From: Centroscyllium fabricii
Lineage: Eukaryota
NCBI GenBank assembly: GCA_051313645.2
Contig: JBNRSN020000003.1
Span: forward strand, 394,630,001 to 394,694,000
DNA: 64,000 nucleotides
Direction: 5' to 3'
The translations under genes were made by a program, and so were the position numbers. The notes beneath the pieces are model-generated. The model made no database searches, was not told where the DNA came from, and saw nothing but the letters and a program-made list of their open reading frames with translations. This document shows, in pieces, positions 25,363 to 36,301 of this stretch. Within the stretch, counting starts at the first letter, position 1. Each line of letters begins with the position of its first letter.

Positions 25363-26649
25363 ATGGGAGCCATTTTCTTCCTTCCCTTCATGGGATTACA
25401 GGATCTCTATCAGGAGCAGTTGCGGCTGCAGCAGCAACAGCAGCAGCCACACCAGGAGGCACCTCACCAACGGCAGCCACACCAGGAGCCTGACGCTCCT
25501 ACAGAATCTCCGGAGCCACGACGGCCCAGAAGGCATTCGCGCATCGAAGGCCGTCGCCGTAGAAGATACCCCCCAAACAGGGTCTACAGAGTCAGAGCCA
25601 CCTACCTCAACATGAGTGAGCGGCATTGCCAAAGGCGGCTCCGACTCTCCCGAGAGGCAGTCACAGACATCTGCGCCATGCTGCAGCAACAGCTGGAGCC
25701 CAGCACACCAGGTAGACATGCCTTACCAGTGGCCCTCAAAGTCACCACCGCACTCAACTTCTTTGCCTCTGGCTCATTCCAGGGATCATCAGCAGATATC
25801 AGCGGAATCTCCCAGTCAGACGCACACTCCTACATCACACAGGTAACCGATGCCCTCTTTGCCCTCGCCCACAATTTCATCCATTTCACCGCGGATCGCG
25901 CAAGTGTCAGGGCCCTAGCGACTGCAATAGCTCATGTGGCAGGCTTCCCAAGGGTGCAGGGCATCATTGACTGCACACATGTGGCCCTTAGGGAACCCAC
26001 CGACAACCCAGTTGCTTTTGTCAACCGCAAGGGCTTCCATTTGCTCAATGTTCAACTGGTGTGTGTCCACAACAAGGAGATTTTGCATGTGTGTGCCAGG
26101 TACCCTGGCAGCTGCCATGACTCCTTCGTCCTGCGTCACTCAACCTTGCCTACGCTCTTCACACCACTGGACGAGCTTCCGGGATGGCTACTTGGAGACA
26201 AGGGTTATCCCCTCAGCAGCTAGCTCATGACGCCGGTCAGGAGGCCAGCCATTGAGGCTGAGGAGAACTACAACTCCACACACATCTCCACCAGAAGCAT
26301 TATAGAGCACACCATCGGCTTGCTCAAGATGCGTTTCAGATGCTTGGACAGATCAGGTGGAGCCCTGCAATACTCACCAGCCAGGGACTCCAGAATGGTA
26401 GTGGTTAGCTGTCAGCTTCACAACATGGCCCAGTGTCGTGGCTTGCAGATTCCTGACCAAGACCTGACTCCTCGCATACCGTCCTCAGATGAGGAGGAGG
26501 AGGAGGAACAGGAGGAAGAAGAGGAAGAGGAGCAGGAGGAGGAAGAAGACGGACTTGCTGCAGCTCGACACCAGCCACCATCACCATTAGGCAAGAACAT
26601 TGCTGGCCGGCAAGCAAGGAACGAGCTCATCCTTGCAATATTTGCTTAG
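25363..26649 (+). pseudogene. Harbinger (HARBI1-like) DDE transposase with one premature stop (TAG at 26221)
   Basis: GFPRVQGIIDCTHV, NRKGFH, ARYPGSCHDS, LLGDKGYP, IEHTIGLLKMRFRCL, LHN; two ORFs in the same frame separated by TAG where Trp is expected. Confidence 0.93.
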
Positions 26650-26960
26650 CCTACTCAAGGCAGCGTCTGCTACTCTCACCATCCTAACAGCACATCCACG
26701 CTGCCACACTCCAAACAGTTCCATAGCTCATACCTGCATGAGACCCACTACTGCAACAACATCTGTGTGTGGGGGGTGGGCTTCTGGGGCTGCCAATTGC
26801 CTCTGACTGCCTTCAGCGCTCGTGCATGCACCCAGTCCCCTGACACCCCAGACATTTCATTTATGCTCATGTTCCCATCCATCCATCCATCCATCACATG
26901 CAATAATGAACCCAGAAACAATAAAGGTTGCAACTGTAACATGCAGTTTAATAACGACAT

Positions 26961-27206
26961 TGTGGCGGCACGCCCACTGGGACACCGAATCCGCCACAGG
27001 AACTCCGCGGAGCAGAGCCCCGCTCATCCGGGTGACGCGACGACGTCACCACGTCTGCCGACGCGATGACGTCACCAACCGCGGGACAGTTTAAATATGC
27101 TTGTTGCGAGAGGTTCACTCTCTTTCTTGTTTAGCTCTAGTGTATTAAAGTTGTGTTTTCTCTAGCTCTGGCTCACGTGTGGTTCCTAGGCCTTGCTGGC
27201 GCTACA
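26961..27206 (+). mobile_element. Solo LTR related to the CsRn1-type element LTR
   Basis: TGTGGCG...CTACA; TSD ACAT; shares 'tgtggcg.cacgcccac' and 'tgacgtc.ccaaccgcgggac' with the reverse complement of 62799-63076. Confidence 0.8.
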
Positions 27207-28299
27207 ACATTAAGCAACCATGGCCACATTAATGGTTGTTCGAGTGAGGACCAGCACTTATCATTCACTGCATTAATGTTGTTCCAGCAAACTCACCTAC
27301 ATACATGCAGGTTTCAAAGCTCAAAAAGTCATTCTCAGCAATGCAGAACCTCAGCCAGTCCAGTTTTGAGATTGCAAGTTAATTTCCATTGTCACTCAGG
27401 GTCTACCACTCTCACGTGGTGCCCTTCCCTTTTCAAGTGCGCCACAGATTCTGAGCAACCATCGCCTCTGCTGTGGGGTTCACAGTGAATTTGGGGTTCT
27501 TTATCAGCGGATCCAAACTGAACAACCGCTTGACGTCGTCCCCGCGTTCCTCTGAAACGGGCCCTAGATCAAGCATGTATCGATCAATTATGGCAGCGAT
27601 GTCGAGAATGCTGATGCGACTGGGGCTGATGTGCCTCAGGCTGTCCTGGAGGTGCTTCAGGGCTGCACATCCGAACATGCGCCAGGAGATGTGGAAGACG
27701 GTGCGCGAAAATTTGTGGTGGGCCTGCACCCACGTCCTAACGGTGGAATTCTGAGACGTGAGGCATGCTGGCACCATGGCTCATTGGCCATTTCATGAGG
27801 GTCAGGTGCTGTGGGGGGCCAGCTGCAGCCACATCATGTTGGATGCGTGAGCACTTTGACCAGTTGGCCCATTTTTTCTTTGTCCACCTCCATCCCTGTT
27901 CAGTTGAGTTTGTTTGTTCGTTCAGCCGTGAGGCTTGTTTCCTGCTGGTCGCTGATCATCAGGAGGTTTCTGCAGTTTGGTTTGTGATCGTTTCCAGCAT
28001 CCATCGTTTGCACAGTCATTCTGCTCACTGGTGTGCGTAAGCGTTCAGGTAGGCCAATTTCAAGGACCTTCACCCTTCACCATTGAGCTACTGTCTGTTT
28101 TTGAACCTCATGCGTCTTGCGGTAAGTCCTTCTGCGATCTTGCATCTGCATCATTGCATATCTGTGAGGCCTGGCCGATTGTTGGGCAGCCTGCATAAGG
28201 CATCAATGTGGAAGGGCCATTTGCGAGATGGCAGATGTGACAACTCCATCAGGTGCCACCCTAACTGGTCTGCTGTGTGACCAGCGCAATGGACCCCTA

Positions 28300-30844
28300 A
28301 ATCGCTCTAACACTATCACCCAAGTGACTCCCCTTGTGCCTAACGGTGCTTAACTGTTCTCTTACGAGTGCTCCTACGTGGTGCTGGCCCTGTGGTGTCA
28401 GCAGATGTGGAGGCCCCCTGCTGAGTTCCCTGCTGCTCCTGTGTGGACACCTTTGGTGGTCGTCCTCTGGGGCGGCGAGCCTGTGAGGGCTCGCCACCAG
28501 TCTGCTGCTCCTACGGCTGGGCAGGGTATGAGACTTCCATCTCAGGTGGATTGGGACTCTGGCGGGCCTCTGACCGAGGGCTCTGCAGTGGTGTGGCCGT
28601 AGGAGCACTTGGAGAGAAGCCTCCACTTTCTGCAGCTGTACCACCAACCTCCCTCTCATGGGCCAACTCCCCCTCAGCGCCAGCAAGTGGCTGGACAGCA
28701 CCTTGCTGCACTTCAGGAGGGCCATGGGGACCCGTATCTGCACTGGAAGTCCTACTGAGAGGGACTTCCATGGAGGTCTGGTTTCTGTGCTCAATAGATG
28801 CCACTCGCTCCTCAAGAGATGTGACTCTATTCTGAACACTCCCCATGTCTTCGAAACACTGGCGACTTATGTGCTCGATGGCCGTTGCCATCCTCTTGTT
28901 CACGGTCGCTATCCTTTCCATGGTGGTTGCCATCCTTGCCGTGGTGATGCGCTCCTTCGCCACTGACTCCGCAAAGGAGCTTCTCATGCTCGCGACCGAC
29001 TCCTCCATTCGCTTGACACTCACAGCTACCTCGGAGACAAAACCTGTCAGAGACGCCTGCAGCGGTGTCTGGAGTCCCATCATCTGTCCTCTGCCTGATG
29101 GATCCAGAGGCACAGGGTCGACATGCAGCTCAGCTAAGCATTGCAGAGTTGTGCGCCCTCTGACTAGGACTCTGCAATGCTGTCCCTGTCTCCACAATCT
29201 GCTGAGGCTCACTTGTGCTTTCTGAATCACCCGGTGACATTGCAGATCTATCTCTAGAGGGGCCCACCGAGGTGCTAGTATATGCGCTGGTGCCGGGTGG
29301 TGTCTGTGCTGCTGACGGTGCGCCCTCAGATGTGGCAGCTTCCTCAGATGTGGCAGCTTCCTCTGAGGACTGTACAGGGGCCAGCTCGTCTTCAGCAGCA
29401 CTCGCCCGGCCGGCTGCGGCTTGTCCTGTCGGGCAGTAAAGGAAGAGGTTAGAGATATGTCACCAAGGTTACATAGAGATAGCATTCACGAGCTGAGCAG
29501 AAGTGCATCTGCAGTGCTTTTATAATTTGCCAGCCTCGTGTTAGCTGTTAGAGAGATATGAAACCATACTGTCACCAGCTTGCGATTCCATGCCTGCCTC
29601 ACCGTCACCCACTCCCAGGGCTTGCCCCTCCCCTTCGAGATCAAGGACTGCCTCCTCCCATGTAACGGTTGTAGGTTGGGCCCAAATGCAAAACACCGAA
29701 AACCAGCGTAGAAATAAATTCCTTTATTTCTGAGTCGTCAGAAGATATTAGAAACAGTAAGTCAATAACGGCAGAAAGTTCACGGAGGCAACAAGTCCAA
29801 AACAGAGTTCAGGTAGGAGAGAATCCAAATACAGAAGCAGTAATTTTCCAGGTAGTCCGTTCACGGGAGCGACAAATCCAACACAGAGTTCAAGCAGAAT
29901 AGAATCCAAATTTCCGGTAAGCAGGTCAGTATCACGAATAGACAGGATCAGAGAGCTAGGAACAAAACACATGTATCACAGTAAGAGATTTAACGATCTG
30001 GCAAACTCATGGTGCAAAGTGGGAGCTTATATACAGCTCGAGATACTACTGGTTAATTTGGGCTGTCCAATCAGGTGTATGCAGTAGTTAACGAGGTGCT
30101 GGCCAGTTTAAAGGAGAAGAGCCCACCTAGGATTTAAAGGGGAATCCAACCTATGACATCCCAGGTGCTCAGCTGCAGGATGGTGGGGGGTCCTCCTCCG
30201 GTCCCGGCTCTCTGCCGCTTGTTGGCGGTTGTCTTTTCCTGCAATGAGGGAGAGAAGTGGAGGTTGAGGGAGAAGGAAGGAGTTGGTGCAGCGAGTGACT
30301 AGCAAAGTTAGTTGGAGGGAGAGAAAGATGGAGTAAGCCTGCAAGACCAAAGGCTCTCCCTGTGTGCTGCCAGGTGTGCTGCAAACATGAGAGTGAGAGG
30401 AAATGTAAGGGCTGCATGGTCAAAAATGACTGTGATTGTGAGCATAGAGAGAGAGGGAATGGGAAGGTTGCTTGGATGTGATAGTGAAGTGGGATGTGGA
30501 GGAAGGGAGTGATAAAGCTAAGTTCTGGTGAGGAGAGGTGAGGGGAATCAGATTGAGGGTGAGGGGAAATGAATACTTACTTTCGCAGTGCGGTGCAGGT
30601 CATGCAATCGCTTTCGTCACTGGAGCCAGGACCGAGGTGTTGTGCCCAAGGAGCTGACCCCCTCAGCTACCTGCAGCCAAGCAGCCTTGGTCTGGGAGGG
30701 AGGTCTCTTCCTCCCAGAGGAGGGGAAGAGAAACTCCCTGTGGGTCGTTGCCCCCTCAACTTGGGCATCGAGGGAGGCGTCATCAAATTTGGGGGCGGGT
30801 CATCCTCTCCCACTGCCCGATGCAGCACCCTGACGCTCTGCCAT
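28300..30844 (-). pseudogene. Harbinger Myb/SANT-like DNA-binding protein gene, 3 exons (30844-30581; 30238-~29577 split by an LTR; 29425-~28300)
   Basis: Manual translation: MAERQG..PAPKFDDASL..AAWLQVAEGV..RSWLQ*RKRLHDL, GT-AG, then EKTTANKRQRAGTGGGPP..WEEAVL; coiled-coil-like C-terminal part in ORF 28511..29485; two TGA stops in exon 1. Confidence 0.85.
29661..30158 (-). mobile_element. Solo LTR (498 bp) inserted in exon 2 of the Myb gene
   Basis: TGTAACG...ATGACA; TSD TCCCA; removing it restores the reading frame. Confidence 0.88.
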
Positions 30845-31385
30845 CGTACTGGGCAGTAGCAGAATGCTGAGGAGTGCGGGAGGCGAGCTGTGTTCATTAA
30901 AAGAAAGGGGAATGCTGACGTCATATTCTGCGACATTCTGACTGGAAATCGGTGATTGAGAAGGCTTCCCACAGGCGGGGATTTAATTGGGTACTTAGGC
31001 TAAAATAACGTGGGAAACGCAGGCACTTTATCGGGCAGGGCCAAAACCTGCCCCGGCCAATCACCGCCAATTCCCCGCCATTCTGGAAAAACTCCGGCCG
31101 TTAACTCTGTTTCTCTCTCCACCGATGCTGCCTGGCCTGCTGAGTTTTTCCAGCGTTTTCTGTTGTAATTTCGGATTTCCAGCATCCGCAGTATTTTGCT
31201 ATCGTATTTTTTTATAAATGAACTTGGACTGTGGGTTTGGAAGAGCTTTATCTCTCAGTGTTGGTTTTTCATAGCAGTTTATTTTGAAGGTTTTCATCCA
31301 AATGATTTAGTTTGGCAGCACGATTTGTCATTATGATATGGGAACTCAAATTGTGACCTGAAATAACGACCTCGGAGGCGAGTAG

Positions 31386-31924
31386 AACATAAAACATAGA
31401 ACATACAGCACTGTACAGGCCCTTGGGCCCTCAATGTAGTGCCGCCCTTAGTCCTTTTCTGATTTTTCCTTTCCCCCCTACTGTTCCTTCCCCTCCATGT
31501 ACCTGTCTATCATCCTTTTAAAAGCACCCAGACTGTCCGCATCCACTATTTCAGATGGTAGCCTATTCCATTCCCCGACCACTCTCTGTGTAAAGAACCT
31601 GCCCCTGCCATCCCTTCTGAATCTTCCTCCTTGAATCTTGTGCTCGTGTCCTCTTGTTGACATTCTTCCCGCCCGGGGAAACAGTCTTTGCACGTTTACT
31701 CTATCGATCCCCTTCATCATTTTAAACATCTCTATCAAGTCCCCCCTCTTCCTTCTCCGTTCCAGTGAGAAGAGTCCCAGCTCCCTCAACCTCTCCTCGT
31801 ATGACCTTCCTCCCATTCCCGGCAGCATCCTGGTGAATCTCCTCTGCACCCTCTCCAGCGCCTCCACATCTCTCCTGTAGTACGGTGCCCAGAACTGCAC
31901 ACAGTACTCCAAGTGTGGTCGCAT
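31386..31924 (-). mobile_element. Young CR1 LINE 3' fragment inserted in the LTR
   Basis: Open frame 31478..31924 [32 protein letters not shown]; GAGTAG duplicated at both ends. Confidence 0.92.
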
Positions 31925-33022
31925 GAGTAGTTAGATGAAGAAACAATTAGGCTTTTATTGACTACTAACTGGAACATGCACCAGCTAGTCGACTGTCCCC
32001 AGGTATGGCTGGGGGATGGGTGCAGCCACTTATATACCTCCTCCAGGGAGGGAGGAGTCATGGGCGGAGCTAACCTGGGCATGTCCCAGCCATCACCTTA
32101 CAGTATAGGTATTTACATTGGTACATAACGATACATGGTAGTTAACTATATACATCTGATAAAAGGGTTTATCACATTCACCCCTTCTTTAAAACGAAAG
32201 TCCGGCGGGGTGAAAGGAAAAGGAAGGATTTTTTTATTTATTTAATCAACAAAAGTCCGGCGGGGTGAAACGTGAAAAAGTTCTTTAATTAAAGGTTAAG
32301 TCGTTCCGGCGGTTTGGTGATCCTCGTTGATCGTCGCACCGCTGGTGGTGTCCGTGGTCGCGGGGTGGCTGGCCGGGTCGGTTGCTGTGGTGGTGCTGGC
32401 GGTGGTCGTTAAATTATAACTTCTGGGTGGTGGTGCCCTTGTTCTGACAGTAGGGGGCGCGCTCTCTCCTTCGTCCTCTGACTCTAGGGGGCGCGCGCTG
32501 TGGATCCAAGCTGGAGGCCACGCCATGCTGCTCGCAGGTGCCGTGCGGGCGTACTGGGGTACTGGGTCCCCGTGTCGGGGAGCGTACCTTGGCGTTGGTG
32601 GCTGGGGGAGCGTAACAGGACGTTTTGGGGGCGCGGGCTGCTGAGCGGGGCTTCTTAGGTGCGCGGGCTGCTGAGTGGGGCTTCTTGGGTGCTTGGGCTG
32701 CTGAGCGGGGCTGGCTTTGGGGACTCCTGCTGGTGCCAGGTCCTTTATGGACACGGTGTCCTCCCTCACGTCGGGGTACGCCACGTAGGCGTACTGGGGA
32801 TTGGCGTGCAGGAGGTGGACCCGTTCGACCAGGGGATCTGCCTTGTGTCCCCTCATGTGCTTCCGTAGCAGGACCGGTCCCGGGGATAGTAGCCACGATG
32901 GTAGCGAGGTCCCGGAAGCTGACTTCCTGGGGAAGGCAAAAAGTCATTCGTGAGGGGTGGCATTAGTGGCATTGTGACCTGAAATAACGACCTCGGAGGC
33001 GAGTAGTTAGATGAAGAAACAA

Positions 33023-34993
33023 TTAGGCTCGCAGCCCGTGCCGATCGACCATTCGGTCCATCTCCCTTTGGAAGACCGAGACCCCATTCGTGACGCCAAA
33101 CGGGACCCTGAGAAATTGGTAGAGGCGACCGTCAGCCTCGAAGGCTGTATAGAGACGGTCCTCTGAGCGAATGGGAAGCTGGTGATAGGCAGATTTAAGG
33201 TCTATGGTGGAAAACACTTTAAATTGCGCGATGTGGTTCACCATGTCCGCTATCCGGGGGAGGGGGTAGGCATCTAGTTGGGTGAACCGGTTTATAGTCT
33301 GGCTGTAGTCCACAACCATCCGGTTCTTCTCTCCGGTTTTGACTACCACTACCTGCGCCCTCCAGGGGCTATTACTGGCCTCAATGACCCCTTCTTTTAG
33401 GAGGCGCTGCACCTCGGACTTTATAAAATCCATGTCCCCAGCACTGTAGCGCCTACTCTTGGTGGCGACGGGCTTGCAGTCTGGGGTGAGGTTGGCAAAT
33501 AGGGATGGAGGGGCGACCTTAAGGGTCGAGAGGCCACAGGTAGTGCGTTGGGGGTGCCGCGCTGGGCTGCGGTTTCTAACCGTGAGTGAGGGAAGGGGCC
33601 CACCGAACGCCATAGTAACGCTCTGGAGATGGCACTGGAAATCCAGTCCCAGGAGTAAGGGGGCGCAGAGCTGCGGCAGCACGTAAAAGCTAAAATTATT
33701 AAACAGCGCGCCCTGGACATTGAGTGCTACAGCGCAGCGCCCGGAGACGTCTGCAGATTCTGACTTGGAAGCCATAGATATTCTCTGGCGCGCAGGTATT
33801 ACTTTAAGAGAGAGGCGCTTTACTGTACTAGGATTAATAAAACTTACTGTGCTCCCACTGTCGAACAGGCACACCACCTCTTGACCATTAACTTCCACCG
33901 GCATCATTGATTTTTCCAGCGGCTGACTCTTGTCTTGATCGAGGGTCACCGATGCCAATACTGGATCAGCCGATTCGTCTTGATCCGAAGATTCTTCCAG
34001 TGACTGAGTCTTGTCCTGGTCGATGGTCACCGATGCCAATACTGGGTCAGCCGATTCATCTTGATCCGAAGAGTAGTCCTCCGGGGCCGGTCCCCAAGAT
34101 GGCTGCCGCCATGCGGTGTACTGTGGAGGGGGAGGCTGAGTCCAATATGGCGACTGCTGCCACGAGGGGTGCTGAGTGGGGGATGGGTGAGCCCAATATG
34201 GCTGCTCCCATGTTCCACACGCGGCGCTGCCCGGTTTCGATTTTGTGGTTGCTTTACAGACCTTTGCATAGTGTCCTTTCTTCCCACATTTCGAACAGGC
34301 CGCTTCTCTAGCAGGGCAGTTACGTCTCGGGTGCTGAGACTGCCCACAAAAGTAACATTTGGCTGCCGTTTTCGCGTGGGCAGCTGCAATTAGTTCTTCT
34401 GGCGGTCGTTGCGCCGGCATTGTCCAAGATGGCGGGGCTGGGCCCGTATAGTTACTCGAGTAAGATGATAGGTTCAGTGAGGCCACATCCAGCGCATTCC
34501 CCAGGTCCGCGGTTGCCTGCAGGTCAAGGCCGTTGTGCTCTAGCAGTCTCTGTCTCACATAGTCCGACCTGAGGCCTGTTACATAAGCATCTCTAATGAG
34601 ACTGTCTGCATGAACCGGGGCCATTAGCGCTTTGCAGTCGCAGGCCTGCGACAGTATTCTGAGAGCTCTTAGGAACTCCACGCTTGACTCACCGGGTTGC
34701 TGTTTTCTGGTGGCAAGGATATGCCTAGCGTGGACGATATTAGGTGCCCGATTGTACTCAGCTTTGAGAATCCTGATGGCATCCAGATAAGATGAGGCAT
34801 CCACGATCATGGAGTACACCTGAGGGCCCACCCGGGCATTGAGGAGCCGTCGTTTGTGCTCATCGGTCACCACGACCGCTGCGTTCGCTCTTAGGTACGC
34901 ATCAAAGACACTGTGCCAGTGTGTAAACGTGTTCGATGCTCCTGGTGTTCGGGGGTCCAATTCAAATGTTGCTGGCTTGAGCATAGTATCCAT
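33023..34993 (-). pseudogene. Gag-protease-RT (truncated just before the YLDN catalytic motif)
   Basis: Two CCHC knuckles (CYFCGQSQHPRRNC, CSKCGKKGHYAKVC), LFDSGS protease, RMVVDY, IDLKSAYHQ, PFGVTN. Confidence 0.92.
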
Positions 34994-36301
34994 TTTCAAA
35001 AGTAGTCAATAAAATTGTGACCTGAAATAACGACCTCGGAGGCGAGTAGTTAGATGAAGAAACAATTAGGCTTTTATTGACTACTAACTGGAACATGCAC
35101 CAGCTAGTCGACTGTCCCCAGGTATGGCTGGGGGATGGGTGCAGCCACTTATATACCTCCTCCAGGGAGGGAGGAGTCATGGGCGGAGCTAACCTGGGCA
35201 TGTCCCAGTCATCACCTTACAGTATAGGTATTTACATTGGTACATAACGATACATGGTAGTTAACTATATACATCTGATAAAAGGGTTTATCACAGGTAT
35301 TATATTTTGTGTTATTTGGAGGAGGAAAAGAGGTTCAATTTGTTGTCGATCAGGATCCCCAGATCATTTTCATTCTCCATACATACTATTTTCTTTCCAT
35401 TAAATAATAATCCTTTCCTAATTTTTTCTGTCCACTGACTTTCATCTATACTTCTCTATGCTTCATAAGACGCACATCAGCGGGGCTTAGGGCCTCCGTC
35501 ACTGGAGATTCTGCAGCGTCTGCCCCTGGGATTGTTACGCATTACTTACTGGATTCTTTGATGCCGCCGGGACTGGTGGCTGGTTCTTGCAGTCCATCTA
35601 CAGAAACAGTAGAGGAATATATATATATATTGACCCAGAAATTCGGGTTGGCGGCTTCCCGCGGGTGTAAGCCACCAACCTGCACTTACCTTGCACGCCG
35701 ACCGTTGAGCTGTGGATCCACATGGAATTCCGACCCGGGGCTTGCTTCAACTGCCGGCGCGCAGTTCTTGCGTATCCCAGCAGCGGAGATAGTGCGATGG
35801 ATCACGTGGGCCATGGAGAACCAATCGGAGCACAGAATGCTCCATTCATAAGTTTGAAAGGAAGAGCTGTCAAAAGTATGAAAACTACAAGCCCCAAAAC
35901 ATCACTAAATCTTCAAATAAATATTTAAAAGATCACATTTTTAAAATAACTATAAATTACATTACATAACTAGTTTAAACAATAACTTACATTTTTGAAA
36001 AAATTTATTATTTTTCCTAATGGGGCTAAAAAAAACGTACCTTTCTTTAAATTATTTAAAAATAATAAAGCTGTGGAAATTTTTTTTAATTTGAATTAAT
36101 TCACCACTTACCTTGTTAAAATCAAGCCTTACGGCTGCTTTTTTTCATTTCTAACTTTTTCTTACTGACCCGGACCGAAAATCCTGTAAAAAAAAAAGCG
36201 CAAGTGCAATGAGCACGCGCTGCTGCTCCCACGCACGCGCTTCACCGCGTAACCCCTTAGTTTGGGGAACGGAAGTGCCGGTTTCCCGCGCATGCGCAGT
36301 G

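Larger units (their letters stand above)
24704..31099. mobile_element. PIF/Harbinger DNA transposon, autonomous structure, inactivated
   Basis: 3-bp TSD GTT (24701-24703, 31100-31102); imperfect TIRs GGGGGGAATTTT / AAAACTCCGGCC; convergent transposase and Myb/SANT genes. Confidence 0.9.
31352..35295 (-). mobile_element. Ty3/Gypsy LTR retrotransposon, internally rearranged (5' LTR 35016-35295; 3' LTR 31352-32176 split by a CR1)
   Basis: 280-bp near-identical LTRs; PPT at 32177-32194; gag-PR-RT(N) ORF; integrase C-terminus at 32296-32970; no matching TSD. Confidence 0.93.

Noticed and set aside
25363-26649. Domesticated HARBI1 gene
   Set aside because: Premature stop, TIRs/TSD and a Myb partner show it is a transposon copy
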